NCBI GenBank assembly: GCA_000993535.1
Contig: LBWG01000008.1
Span: 1 to 59,900, forward strand
Reading direction: 5' to 3'
DNA: 59,900 bases
Origin: Candidatus Uhrbacteria bacterium GW2011_GWF2_39_13
Lineage (GTDB): Bacteria; Patescibacteriota; Patescibacteriia; UBA9934; GWF2-40-263
Of the stretch, positions 41,970-52,648 are shown in pieces. The translations under genes and the position numbers were made by a program. The notes under the pieces were generated by a model. It made no database searches, was not told the origin of the DNA, and saw only the letters and a program-made list of their open reading frames with translations. Positions within the stretch are counted from its first letter, which is position 1; every line of letters starts with the position of its first letter.

Positions 41970-43424
41970 TCAAAAACTTAACGGGAAAAGCTCTTTGGGT
42001 TTAGCGTTAATAACGCTTTTACCTATCGCATAAGCTTCATCCATAGAGGATATCTTTTTTTCCTTCAGAAGTTCATTTAATATTTCGGCTATAAGCTTTT
42101 TGTTGGAATGCGCCATGCCCGCGCTGCCTTCGATATTAGCCATATCCAGGCCGGCGACAGTTCTGTATGGAAATTCAGAAATGAATGCTTTTGCCATTTT
42201 TCTGCCGAGTTCAGGTTCAAGCAGCGGTATCCAGGTAAAATCGGCAATTGCGTTTTTATATCTGGCGCATAAATCAAGGACCTCATTATAATAATGTTTA
42301 CCTCCGTGGAGGAGAATGAAGTTCATATCGGGATTTTTGGCAATCACCTCTTCAAGGAGGGCCGGCCGTGATGTTTCAATATCTTTGCCTTTATGTCCGG
42401 TGTGAATTTGGATTGTCTGCCATTTACGGTCTCTGGCCATGTTTATGCATCTGAAAAAAATGAAATCTTCAAAAACCCGAAGCGTCTCTTCAAAATCCAT
42501 ATCCTGAGAATCCAGAAATTCAGACTGCAATTTATTGAAAGCCTTTCTTGCATCTTTTTCTTCCCGCTCTCTGAATTCGACAGTCCTCGCGAAACAGCAG
42601 GCGCTCTTCATCTGGGATACTCCTCTGGATGCGAAATAATCAAAAGCTTTATCGAGAAAAACAAGATATTCGTCAAAAGATATGCTTTTCAGATATCTGT
42701 TAATTTCTCTTATGTGAATTTGAGACATTTCCCATGGTTTTCTGAGCGGAATGACCGGCAGTCCATTAATGTCCTGCACAAATTCCAGAAACCATTTGGC
42801 GATAGCGAAATCGCGTCGATACCTGAAAGGGAGGACCAGCGCATAATCAAATCTGAAAGTCGCGGGAAGAAACTTAAGTTCAAGTTGTTTATTTTCTTCT
42901 GTCAAATTATCAAAGTGTTCACGGGCATATCTGCTGGTCCAGATATTTATGCTTCTCACAATTCCGGCCTTCCTGTATGCGCCAGGCAGATGTTTCAGAA
43001 TTCCATCCTTGTATGCGGCCTTCACTCTCAGCGAAAGTTCCACATATTGTTTTCTGTCGGACATGTCCAGCTCCGGCATCTCGTAAAGTATTTTAAATCC
43101 ATCCACAAGCGTTTCTAAAGATTTCTCGCCTGAAAACTTTTTAAAATACGGTTGCGCCAACTCATAAGCGGCCATTTCGTTTTCAACGCATACGGACAGG
43201 AATTCCCACTTGTTTTTGTAAGGAAAACTTTCCGCTCTCACAAATAAATTACCCGCATAATCCTGAAACAGCAATTCAATCGGATTCCGGATGGCACGTC
43301 CTGTGTTTCTGAAAGAACCGTCAGGGTACCATTCATCTTTTTCCCAATGAAAATGAAAATCGCAGTATCCTGTCTCCATGATTTTCTTCTCAATGTTCTG
43401 TTCTGTTTCAATGCCCATAGTCAA
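41970..43424 (-). CDS. amidohydrolase-superfamily TIM-barrel protein (function unknown)
   Basis: 484 aa. YCDFHFHW near the N-terminus, IQIHTGH, NFILLHGG, and AIADFTWIP near the C-terminus are consistent with metal-dependent hydrolases of the amidohydrolase-2/UxaC-like type. Confidence 0.5.
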   Translation of the reverse strand: MTMGIETEQNIEKKIMETGYCDFHFHWEKDEWYPDGSFRNTGRAIRNPIELLFQDYAGNLFVRAESFPYKNKWEFLSVCVENEMAAYELAQPYFKKFSGEKSLETLVDGFKILYEMPELDMSDRKQYVELSLRVKAAYKDGILKHLPGAYRKAGIVRSINIWTSRYAREHFDNLTEENKQLELKFLPATFRFDYALVLPFRYRRDFAIAKWFLEFVQDINGLPVIPLRKPWEMSQIHIREINRYLKSISFDEYLVFLDKAFDYFASRGVSQMKSACCFARTVEFREREEKDARKAFNKLQSEFLDSQDMDFEETLRVFEDFIFFRCINMARDRKWQTIQIHTGHKGKDIETSRPALLEEVIAKNPDMNFILLHGGKHYYNEVLDLCARYKNAIADFTWIPLLEPELGRKMAKAFISEFPYRTVAGLDMANIEGSAGMAHSNKKLIAEILNELLKEKKISSMDEAYAIGKSVINAKPKELFPLSF

Positions 43425-43461
43425 TGCAAGTCCTGTTTTACAATTTTATACGTTCATGGCC

Positions 43462-46400
43462 CTATTTAAATATCAATTGTCCGTAACCGAAAACATCGTC
43501 TTTTGCAAAAGAGGCTCCGGACCAATCATATTCAGCTTCAAGTTTTCCGTCCTTGCTGTCGCTGTCCCGGCAACTGATATCAAACCCGAAAGTCTCTCCT
43601 TTCTTTACTCCAAAACCTGAGCGCTCAAGTGGAATTCTTGCAATATAACGCCTCTGGAATTTTTCCGCCCTGGAAACGGTTTCGACCTTAATTTTATTTC
43701 CGTCGGGCAATAAAAATTCCGCATCGGCTTTATCATTTTTAATAAAGACTACTTTCAATTTGAAGAGGTTCTTTGATTCTCTGTTTCCGATGTTTTTCAT
43801 AAGGTCCGGCTGAAAAACATATTCAACGCTTTCATTCCAATCACCCGGGATATCCGTTTTTTCGGGAATAATCAACTCGTCCTCGATAATACCGCCGACA
43901 TAGAAATATTTGTCATCATAGCGGATGAAATGCCTCGACATATAATCATGTTCCATTGATCCGTCGAGCTGCATATTGGGGTCGGTATTTTCTCCGCCGC
44001 ATCTGATCTGGCACCTTTGATATGAGCCGTTCAAGCCCCAGTTGACGTAAACTGACGCCGGAGACTGGAGTTTCTCCCATTGCTCCAGGAGCGTCAAATC
44101 AAATTTCCCGCTTTTCTCCGGCTCCGCATAATGGAGCCAGAAAAAATCTCCTGACTTCATGTAATTTCCCTCTGCCGTATTGACAAGGAGTTCGTCTGTC
44201 TTCTCCTCAACGGCAGTGGAGAAAAAATCATTTATCTCAAGCTGCGCGTAAACGGGATAGTTGCTTATGGCCCTGCCGTCAAAAACACCTTTGTCCTGTA
44301 TGCTGGTAAAGATTTTCCATTCGCCCGGCTTGACGTTAAAATCAAATATTTCAGGGGATTTTTTATAAAGCATATCCTTATACATTGTAAGTTTTCCGGA
44401 AAGCGTTTCAGCAGTGTTATTCTTTATAAAGCCGATGCACTCGGTCTGATCATTTTTCCGAGCGATAATGAAACGCGTTTCAAGCAGATCAATAACCTGC
44501 ATTTTTTTTACGGCCTCGAGAAGCTTCCTGTTTTTGCTTCCTATGAAAAGGGTCTGACCTCTTTTCATGATGATTTTTTCAGGGTTGAGAGGCGCCAGGT
44601 GAAAGTCAAGAACAGTCAGTTCTTTCGGATCAATACCAAGCTTCAGCTCTTTCAGCAGCGCGGGGGCCGGAGCATGAAGAACAACCCATGTCATATCTTT
44701 TATAGTAAAATAACATACTTCGATATTGCTGGCCCTGTCGGGAAAAAGGAGACCTCCCGCCTCCGCCTCGCGCATGAACTGCTCAAGAATTATCCATTGG
44801 GCGGCGGCGAAAGTAGGACGCCCGTCATAAATGGAAAACTGGTTAAAAGGATCGGTGGCATACATCCCGTATTTACCGACATATACGGAATATCTGACCG
44901 GACGGTATATTGACGTGATGACTGCCAAATCCCATGCCTGTTCATTGAAATAATCATAGTATTTTGCCGCGCTGAGGGGATTTCCGGTTTTATCGAACTG
45001 CTGGATGTCAGCGCAATTGTAGTACCAGCCAACCCCATCTATGAAAAACGGCAGATTGTTTTCTTTGTTGAACCTGTTTTCCCGGACATACCACCATTTC
45101 CCGGTGTTGTAACGGCTTCCTCCGTAGGTATCGGTAATTTTGCCCTTCACTTTTCCGATTTCCTTTTTATATGCCTCCGCGGGCAGGAACTCGAAGGAAT
45201 TCATGACTTCGACATCCGGATATTTTTCTTTTACGGCTTTGTATGTCGCGAGAAGATAAGGAAGGGCAGACCTGGCAGACATGTTATTAGTAAGTTCATC
45301 GGTAAGGATTATCATATTGTAATAAAGCCCTTTGTAATTCTCGAGAACGGACTGAACATACCATGCGCCGAATTCGGGGGACATCCACGGTTTTCCGCCA
45401 TTTGCCGCCGGCGTGTCCGAATAGACCGGAACATCATAAGGAGGAAGCTGAACAGGAAATATCCATGGTATCCATTTCAAACCTGAATTGATATTTTTCT
45501 CGACTTCGTTTCTGTAAAGGGCATGGTCATGATATCCTCGGCACGTCTGGTCAGCCTTGATTACAACATCATTCAGCGTAGTGACAAACTCATACCCATA
45601 ATGCCTTAACATTTTTCCTGAACGCTCCCTGATGTTCCTGCCCAATGCCCCCAGATAAACCGGATGTTTTGAAGCTTTTTCCATGGCCGCAGGATTCTGG
45701 ATTCTGCTGAAGGGCACGTTCAATATTTTTCCATCGTCTGTTTTTGCTGTGAGCATGAAATTTCCATATCCGTTAAAATTATCAAACTCGAAACTTTTTC
45801 TGCTTACGCCTTTGCCTCCCGATATTTTGAGGTCTCCCGAACCATATGTATTCCCTGCGACATCTTTAACTGTATACTTAAGCTTGAATTCTTTTTGCGT
45901 TTCCGTGTCATTAACGAGCACGGCTTCGAATTTTATATTTTCATTGTCATGGAAAGCCGAATACGGTGCCAGTACCGCTACCAGAACGGAAGCACCTTCC
46001 CCTTCCATGTATAAAGGATGGGCTTTTTCAGCCGGGACATAAGCCTGGACTGCATCAAGCTCCAGAGTGGCTCCGGGCTCTTCGCTTTCAAGCGCGAAAA
46101 GCAAAGCGATTTCTTCAGGCTTTCCCGATCTGAACTCGTAATCATACTTTTTCCATTCATTGCCAATTTTGAATTCTTTCACTGCGATCTGTTCTCTTTT
46201 TCCTTTAAGCGGTGAACCGGACCACTTGACGATTTTCAAAGACAATTTTGTATCGGGCTTATATGCTCTTGCCTGAAAACTGATATCGCAGCCTTCAATA
46301 GGAATCTCGAAATATTTACTTCCAATACCGGCACGATATTTCTTTGCGCCCTTATAATCATCCGGGTAAGCGCCTGCCTGAACAGCTTGCATCCTGGCGT

Positions 46401-47433
46401 ATCTTTTGCCATGAGGGGCATCTCCTTCTATTATGTCTCCGACGTCAAAAGTAAAATCGTCCTCTCCATCCATTCCCGGATTCCAGTAAGGCCTTCCTCC
46501 CGCTTCAAAACTGCCGTCAGTCACAAGATTGCCTTTATATTTTTTTCTGTTTTCATCCGCATTTTTCTTTTCCGGCGTTGAAGCCGCCGTTATTTTTCCT
46601 TCTTTCTTTTCGGATGCCAGGGTGAGGTCATACTTGCTCTTCAATCCTTTTTTCCACTCATATCCCGGTTCGTTGCTTATCTTCACTTTATCTATAATTA
46701 TGTATGGCAGACTGAATTCAGGGACATCGCCAATGCCGCCCGAGGCTATCTCCTCCGCAGTGATCCTTAATGCATTCCAGTCCGAGTTTGCTTTGACGAC
46801 AGGGTCTTCCAGGACGATGCTGTTTTTTTCTTTTACAAAACCGTTTGCCGTATTTTCAATATATGCAGTGCTGCTGCTTTTCAGACAGGGAATAAAACTG
46901 TAGCCGCTCCCGAAAAAAGGATACAGCTTTAAAATCGCAACGGGGGTGAAACCAGTTTTATCGGCCTTTCCAAGTTCAATCCTTACGATATTGCCTGATG
47001 GCGCGCCGTAATCAGTTCTCCTGTTTTTAGTCCAGCGGGTAAGCACGATCTGTGCGCCTATGAGATAATTTCCTGGAGGAAAATTGCGGTCGAAGACTTT
47101 AAGCATTCTTGCCGCTTCGCTCTCCGAATCGCAGACGGCAAATGCCCTTCCCGAGGCATGGGTATGTTCTTTCACATAAAACCCCTGTCCTTTTTCACGA
47201 TGAAAATCCGGATATACTTTGAGATTGTCAAAATCTTCAGCTTCCACAATTATATTCACCGGCTCACGGGGAACTTCTGTTATTTTGTTTTTAAAAAGAC
47301 TGTTTTCTTTGTCCGCCCGAACAGAATTATCTCCAAGAAGGAAGAGCGAAAAAAGCAGCGGCAATAAATATTTTGCTCTCAGCGGTCTGACGCTTGAAGC
47401 CGGAATTTTACTGTAAAAATTTAACAAGTCCAT
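43462..47433 (-). CDS. giant secreted hypothetical protein (1323 aa) with CBM4_9-like module(s) and a putative clan GH-A-like barrel
   Basis: Signal-like N-terminus (...KYLLPLLFSLFLLGDNSVRA). GNLVTDGSFEAGGRPYWNPG is a CBM4_9/galactose-binding-like opening strand. It shares LATYKAVK plus overall layout with the adjacent 1151-aa ORF. Confidence 0.5.
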   Translation of the reverse strand: MDLLNFYSKIPASSVRPLRAKYLLPLLFSLFLLGDNSVRADKENSLFKNKITEVPREPVNIIVEAEDFDNLKVYPDFHREKGQGFYVKEHTHASGRAFAVCDSESEAARMLKVFDRNFPPGNYLIGAQIVLTRWTKNRRTDYGAPSGNIVRIELGKADKTGFTPVAILKLYPFFGSGYSFIPCLKSSSTAYIENTANGFVKEKNSIVLEDPVVKANSDWNALRITAEEIASGGIGDVPEFSLPYIIIDKVKISNEPGYEWKKGLKSKYDLTLASEKKEGKITAASTPEKKNADENRKKYKGNLVTDGSFEAGGRPYWNPGMDGEDDFTFDVGDIIEGDAPHGKRYARMQAVQAGAYPDDYKGAKKYRAGIGSKYFEIPIEGCDISFQARAYKPDTKLSLKIVKWSGSPLKGKREQIAVKEFKIGNEWKKYDYEFRSGKPEEIALLFALESEEPGATLELDAVQAYVPAEKAHPLYMEGEGASVLVAVLAPYSAFHDNENIKFEAVLVNDTETQKEFKLKYTVKDVAGNTYGSGDLKISGGKGVSRKSFEFDNFNGYGNFMLTAKTDDGKILNVPFSRIQNPAAMEKASKHPVYLGALGRNIRERSGKMLRHYGYEFVTTLNDVVIKADQTCRGYHDHALYRNEVEKNINSGLKWIPWIFPVQLPPYDVPVYSDTPAANGGKPWMSPEFGAWYVQSVLENYKGLYYNMIILTDELTNNMSARSALPYLLATYKAVKEKYPDVEVMNSFEFLPAEAYKKEIGKVKGKITDTYGGSRYNTGKWWYVRENRFNKENNLPFFIDGVGWYYNCADIQQFDKTGNPLSAAKYYDYFNEQAWDLAVITSIYRPVRYSVYVGKYGMYATDPFNQFSIYDGRPTFAAAQWIILEQFMREAEAGGLLFPDRASNIEVCYFTIKDMTWVVLHAPAPALLKELKLGIDPKELTVLDFHLAPLNPEKIIMKRGQTLFIGSKNRKLLEAVKKMQVIDLLETRFIIARKNDQTECIGFIKNNTAETLSGKLTMYKDMLYKKSPEIFDFNVKPGEWKIFTSIQDKGVFDGRAISNYPVYAQLEINDFFSTAVEEKTDELLVNTAEGNYMKSGDFFWLHYAEPEKSGKFDLTLLEQWEKLQSPASVYVNWGLNGSYQRCQIRCGGENTDPNMQLDGSMEHDYMSRHFIRYDDKYFYVGGIIEDELIIPEKTDIPGDWNESVEYVFQPDLMKNIGNRESKNLFKLKVVFIKNDKADAEFLLPDGNKIKVETVSRAEKFQRRYIARIPLERSGFGVKKGETFGFDISCRDSDSKDGKLEAEYDWSGASFAKDDVFGYGQLIFK

Positions 47434-47477
47434 TATGTTCCTCCATATTATTTTAAACTTATTTGCCTATTGTCTTT

Positions 47478-50400
47478 TCATTCCACAATCATCAGGCGGG
47501 CCCATTGTTCAGGATTTATCAATTCCACTTTTCGCGAGTCGGGAAAATATATATTATTTGTATAAACAACGTCATTTTTGTTTTGAAGGGACACGGCTTT
47601 TATGTCACAGGCGTAATTTGTTCCCGGAGCACTTGTGAAATCAGGTATTTTAACAAGAGGTATGCTGAAGCTGACAGAATAAGGTTTCGTATTTGTGACA
47701 GTGACGGGAAAGGACGTTTCCGCCGTTTTGTCCTTTCCTTTTTCGCCGCCCGATATAATTCCATTCTTATTGTTTGTTGTTATTTCAAGGCAGGTTTTTT
47801 TGTTCATCAGCAATTCTCCGTCTGAAAGATTTATTGGAATAAATGTAAAAGAAAAACTTTTAAAGCTCATTCCGTTTACTGTTCCGGTAAATGTTACATT
47901 CAGGTTATTTTCCGCAATCGCAAAGGAAACGGAAGCAACTTTATTTGCATTGCTGCCATATAGATTTAAATCCTGCCCGGGAGTTTTCCTGTTTTCTGAC
48001 AGAAATATCGGGGTATAACGCAATGGATACGTTCCAAAAATAGTTCCGTATTCCGTGTCAATATTCAGCGGCAGGATTCTTTCAACGGCCTTCATTACAG
48101 ATTCTCTGTAAGGCATATTTACCAGATATGTATTTCCCGGGAGCTTCTCAGATTTTAATTCCGAGACTTTATTCGTATTGAACGGGTCTTCTATAGTCGT
48201 TTCCGCATGGAGAGGAATGGAGCTGTGAGGTTTTATGAACAATTTGATCCCGATAGCTCCGGAAGAGCGTTTCTCCATCCCGAAAACAATCGGAAGCTTC
48301 TCCGTGAATTTCAGCGCCTTAAGTTCCTTTCCGGCGGCATTTAAATCATTTATTTTTAAATAGAGGGGATATGAAGAAATATGGTAATTCAGTTTCCCGT
48401 CTTTTTTCCAATTTTTTACCGGATTTCCGAAACTGTCCATGACGTCGGCGATGCCATCGGCATTCATTGAAATATCATAAACTTTTCCGTCCACGCTGTA
48501 GATAATGCCAATTCCCTCATTGGCCCCTTTTTTTACAAGCCCGATTCTTAATTCTTCAAAATCATCGATTGATTCCGTCCCCTGGTGCCCTCCCAATAAA
48601 TAATTCGCCGCCGCATAGAAATGGAACACAGGCTTAATGCGCCCCGCCTCGTCAAAGAGGCACGCCCCGGTATTTTTTCCCGGGAACACCCCATAATAAA
48701 AGTAACGGCAATTTGAAGCGCCCCAAATCACGCCATCCAGAAGTTCCTGGACTGTCTTGAGTTCTTTTTCTCTTTCGCCAGAAAAATCCGGAGCTCCTTT
48801 CATCTCCTTGAAATCATGCGAGTAGGCAGGAGAATAACATGTCGCGGTAACAAGCGGTATATTGTGTTCTTTCAGGTAATCCCTGAATTCACGGGCTGCC
48901 GTCTTGCTTATTTTGCCGCTGTGCTGGCTGTCAAGATAAGCATGAATTCCATCCATATATTTATATGCCTGGTTATCCGTTGCCTTATTCAAGGCGTTCA
49001 GCAACTTCATGTCTTTTGCGACAAACATATCGAAGAATACGGGTATCTGCGGATCTACAGATTTGACAGCTTTGTATGTGGCCAGATAAAATTTCGCATA
49101 ATCCTCGGGCGAAAAATAATACACTGGCTCATCTTCTATTATATATTTACTCACGCGACCTTTGAAATGTTCAGCAAATTGCTTAACGTAGTCAAGCCAT
49201 AAAGCCATATTTATTTTTGTAGGTTTTCCTTCGCGCCGCGCTTTAACTTCAATGAATTCAGAGGGGTCGCTTCCATTGTACACACACAATTCCGGCACTC
49301 CATAACCGGAGCCGGCTGTATTGACATGCAGTTGAGCAACAGGCTTTATCCCGTCAGCCGCAAAACGTCCAACTTCCATATCCGCGTCTGTCCAGTCGTA
49401 CCTGATATTTTCTTTAGTTGAGTCCTTTGAAAGATTAGGTTTCCAGCGCGGAAATGGATGCCCCAGCGGATTAAATTCAATGATTCCGAATTTCTTCATG
49501 ATTTCCCCGTAACCGAATTCGGGGACGGGGGCCAGTGTATAGTATGCCCCAAGCAGACTTTTTTCCCGGAGATTATTTCGCGGTCCGACGGGCCTTATGA
49601 CATTATAGAAATAGTCGCTTTGCTTAGTGCAAGGCTTGCCGTTCCTGGTATATTCTGCCGTTGTGCGTATCCTGTAGAAACCCGAGCGGCCGGTGTCAAG
49701 GCAGAATTCCTTCTGCAAAGAGTTGCCCTTTACTTCAATCTCTTCCTTTTTTCCGACTTCCCTGTCAAAATAATCATATACATTGAAATAACAATTTTTC
49801 ACAAGCACGTCGGGAGATTTCTGAAGATTGAAAAGAACTTTTGCCTGTGAATTCAAGTCAAATATCGATTGAGTATTGGGCGGAATGAAGTTGGCTTCAA
49901 GCCCGCCGCATGGTTCATAACTTTTTCCATTACCCTCAGTTATCTGAAGCGAATCGACAAGCAGAGGTGTTTTCAGGGGGGCATCGACGGGTTTCTCGAA
50001 AGAAATGCGGTAAAGGCCATTTGTATCCTCGTCCGGCAGTGTCTTGAAACTGAAAGCGCTTTTTTTCCATCCCTTGACATCGGAGGCTTTTGCATTGTCG
50101 GCAACAATTTTTTTCACTTCCTGAAAAACGCCATCGTTTGAAGCCTCAATGCTTACAGTCACGGGCGTCTTATTTTCATCTGCAGTGTAAATGCTGAAAG
50201 CATAATCTTTAATGCCTTTGAGGACGAAAAGCCGCGATATTATCTTGACTTTTCCGATGTCAAGAGAATAATTTCCATGCGCGGCTTTTTTATTCAGCAG
50301 GAAAGGTTTTGTCATTTCATTGCTGCGGTACTTCTGCACGTCCCAGCATCTTATTCCCTCCTCGAAACCTGAATTGGGCAGCAAATTGCCTTCAGGGTTG

Positions 50401-50933
50401 GCCGGTATTTCCCTGACATATTTAAGGGTCTGATACCTGAATTTCTCCCGCTTCACTCCATGTTGATAAAAGGTTTCATATTTATATTCCGGGTCGTTGG
50501 TGAAAATAGTGGTGTACCATATGATCCTGCCTTTTTTCCCGTCAAGGGTTTCGGCCTTGAACTTTATCTCGTCCGAGGCTTCCTTAAGCTGGAACTTCAA
50601 TTCAGTCCAGTTGGATCTGTGGGTGTCTTTTTTAATGACAGCTTCCTCCGACAGGCTTCCTATGGTAATAGTAACCTTGATGTCATTTTCAGGAAAATGC
50701 CTTACATAAGCCCTGACTTCTCCTGGCCCTGCTTTGAAAGGCAGCCTTTTTTCCGCGGTCCAACTGCCTTCAAAACCTGTTAAGGATGGCCGCTCGCCTG
50801 AATATCTCCTGGCTTTCTCCACATTGTCAACGTCATCCATTGATAATTTATAAGTGAATACCTCAGGAGTTTTTTCAGCCCCGGCAAATATTGCCGACAA
50901 AAACAGGAACCCGATTATAAGCTTCTTTAACAT
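47478..50933 (-). CDS. giant secreted hypothetical protein (1151 aa), divergent paralog of the 1323-aa ORF
   Basis: Signal peptide MLKKLIIGFLFLSAIFAGA. It has a CBM-like EGNLLPNSGFEEGIRCWDV and a barrel-like region ...KYIIEDEPVYYFSPEDYAKFYLATYKAVKSVDPQIPVF... (DEP where clan GH-A enzymes carry NEP). Confidence 0.5.
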   Translation of the reverse strand: MLKKLIIGFLFLSAIFAGAEKTPEVFTYKLSMDDVDNVEKARRYSGERPSLTGFEGSWTAEKRLPFKAGPGEVRAYVRHFPENDIKVTITIGSLSEEAVIKKDTHRSNWTELKFQLKEASDEIKFKAETLDGKKGRIIWYTTIFTNDPEYKYETFYQHGVKREKFRYQTLKYVREIPANPEGNLLPNSGFEEGIRCWDVQKYRSNEMTKPFLLNKKAAHGNYSLDIGKVKIISRLFVLKGIKDYAFSIYTADENKTPVTVSIEASNDGVFQEVKKIVADNAKASDVKGWKKSAFSFKTLPDEDTNGLYRISFEKPVDAPLKTPLLVDSLQITEGNGKSYEPCGGLEANFIPPNTQSIFDLNSQAKVLFNLQKSPDVLVKNCYFNVYDYFDREVGKKEEIEVKGNSLQKEFCLDTGRSGFYRIRTTAEYTRNGKPCTKQSDYFYNVIRPVGPRNNLREKSLLGAYYTLAPVPEFGYGEIMKKFGIIEFNPLGHPFPRWKPNLSKDSTKENIRYDWTDADMEVGRFAADGIKPVAQLHVNTAGSGYGVPELCVYNGSDPSEFIEVKARREGKPTKINMALWLDYVKQFAEHFKGRVSKYIIEDEPVYYFSPEDYAKFYLATYKAVKSVDPQIPVFFDMFVAKDMKLLNALNKATDNQAYKYMDGIHAYLDSQHSGKISKTAAREFRDYLKEHNIPLVTATCYSPAYSHDFKEMKGAPDFSGEREKELKTVQELLDGVIWGASNCRYFYYGVFPGKNTGACLFDEAGRIKPVFHFYAAANYLLGGHQGTESIDDFEELRIGLVKKGANEGIGIIYSVDGKVYDISMNADGIADVMDSFGNPVKNWKKDGKLNYHISSYPLYLKINDLNAAGKELKALKFTEKLPIVFGMEKRSSGAIGIKLFIKPHSSIPLHAETTIEDPFNTNKVSELKSEKLPGNTYLVNMPYRESVMKAVERILPLNIDTEYGTIFGTYPLRYTPIFLSENRKTPGQDLNLYGSNANKVASVSFAIAENNLNVTFTGTVNGMSFKSFSFTFIPINLSDGELLMNKKTCLEITTNNKNGIISGGEKGKDKTAETSFPVTVTNTKPYSVSFSIPLVKIPDFTSAPGTNYACDIKAVSLQNKNDVVYTNNIYFPDSRKVELINPEQWARLMIVE

Positions 50934-50957
50934 TTTGATATCCCTTCCTTAAAATTT

Positions 50958-51764
50958 TTAATTTTGATCTGCAATATTTGCCATATCATGAATATCCTTC
51001 GCCTGAAGGCCGAGGGCATCAATAAAATATTGGAAGTCTTTTACAGCTTCGAGTTCTTTAATTCCGTGAGCGTCGCTTCCAAAAGTAAATTTGCATCCGG
51101 CTTCCTTGGCGATTGCAAGGAATCTCACCGGCGTCTCAATGCTGAAAAAGCGGTTTTTAGCCGCGTTTGGCAAATAACAGGGATTGATTTCGATGCCTGT
51201 ATTCTTTGCCGCCGCCACGGCGCACGCGTCAAAGAGTTCCGCATCGGATATTGATGCCATCGCTGTATCATACATATCTATGAAACCATATGGGAAAAAT
51301 GGATGCGCCAGAATATCCCCCATGCCGCTTTCCGCCGCGGAAATGAAGAATTTGAGCATATGCCGCCCAAGTGTCCGGGAATCGGAATTCTCCGGCTGTT
51401 CAACAAAATCCTTCATGTGAAAATGGTCGGAGGACAGAAGCACATAGTCCATTTGCCTTTTGAAATCATCCGTAATGCCGAATTTTCCCGGAGCAATCAT
51501 GTCCGCTTCACATCCGACCAGCACTTCAATCCCCCAATCACGGCTTTGCGCAATCTCTTTAAGCTTTAAATGTTCCTCTCCCGACTGTTTGTTGTAAAAT
51601 CCGGACGGCTTGTACATATCCGATACCCATACGTGATCGGCAAAACCGATTTTTTTCAAGCCCATGTTTTTCGTGGCTTCCGTTATATTTTCAATAGTCT
51701 GTTCTTTGTCATGACAACACGGAGAAGCAGATGTATGTATGTGTAAATCAGATAAAATTCTCAT
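50958..51764 (-). CDS. PHP-domain phosphoesterase (histidinol-phosphatase-like)
   Basis: 268 aa. LSDLHIHTSAS, GFADH, SSDHFH, LAHPF and FGSDAHG motifs. Confidence 0.75.
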   Translation of the reverse strand: MRILSDLHIHTSASPCCHDKEQTIENITEATKNMGLKKIGFADHVWVSDMYKPSGFYNKQSGEEHLKLKEIAQSRDWGIEVLVGCEADMIAPGKFGITDDFKRQMDYVLLSSDHFHMKDFVEQPENSDSRTLGRHMLKFFISAAESGMGDILAHPFFPYGFIDMYDTAMASISDAELFDACAVAAAKNTGIEINPCYLPNAAKNRFFSIETPVRFLAIAKEAGCKFTFGSDAHGIKELEAVKDFQYFIDALGLQAKDIHDMANIADQN

Positions 51765-52621
51765 CGCAGGTCCCTTTCAAAAAAACGGTCGCACAAACGC
51801 CCCTGCACAAATGTCTTGTCAAAATTGTAATCACTTTTGAAGCCGGCTTCAGCGGCCATGGAAATTGTCTTCATGGACAATTTTGTTTCAGTGACTTCAA
51901 ACAGCTTGAACTCAAACGGCGCTTCCGTAAAGGCTGACACCGTAATGTAATTCACTCCGTCCAGTTCTACATTCATATTCATATGATTGTGCGCGCCTAA
52001 TACTGCTTTTACAGACAATTCATCTGCTATTTTTCGCATTGTCATGGAAAAATCGCCTTCAGGCAAATGCAGCGGATTTTTCAAACCGCTCTGTTCGCAA
52101 GGAAGTCCCAATACCGGCGAATGAACAATTAAAAACAGCGGTTTGGAAACAGTCCCGTATTTTCTCAGCGCTTCCAATTGGGAGGCTGAAAAATATGGTA
52201 TTTGTTTTTCCGCCGGGTCCCAGAAATACGGTTTCTTTCCCCAGTGACAGGTCAGAAAATAAAAATCCATTTCATCATGTGAGAATGGGAAATTCACCGA
52301 ATTTCCGGAAAAATATTCAGGGGCCTTATTCAACCAATATCCTACGGCGTCATCTGAAGTAAGATCGTGATTTCCCAACGCAATATGGACGGGACATGGC
52401 AACTGTCTGAAGAATTTCAATGCCGCGTCTATGTTTTCAGCGCTCGAACTGTCAACCATATCTCCGCCGTGAATTATGAAATCTATATTCTTCTGCTTTT
52501 CTATCCATCCGGCAAGGCACTCCATCAATTCTGAAATATGCAAGAGATAACGCGGCTGCTGCCGGTAGCCCTCGCTATCTGAACCGCCGATATGAGTGTC
52601 TGCAAGATAAATAAATTTCAT
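51761..52621 (-). CDS. calcineurin-like metallophosphoesterase
   Basis: 286 aa. MKFIYLADTHIGG, HGGDMVD, LGNHD and GAHNHMN are the canonical MPE motifs. 4-nt overlap with the PHP gene. Confidence 0.85.
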   Translation of the reverse strand: MKFIYLADTHIGGSDSEGYRQQPRYLLHISELMECLAGWIEKQKNIDFIIHGGDMVDSSSAENIDAALKFFRQLPCPVHIALGNHDLTSDDAVGYWLNKAPEYFSGNSVNFPFSHDEMDFYFLTCHWGKKPYFWDPAEKQIPYFSASQLEALRKYGTVSKPLFLIVHSPVLGLPCEQSGLKNPLHLPEGDFSMTMRKIADELSVKAVLGAHNHMNMNVELDGVNYITVSAFTEAPFEFKLFEVTETKLSMKTISMAAEAGFKSDYNFDKTFVQGRLCDRFFERDLR

Positions 52622-52648
52622 ACAGGATTTCCCCAGTAATTTTCAATA

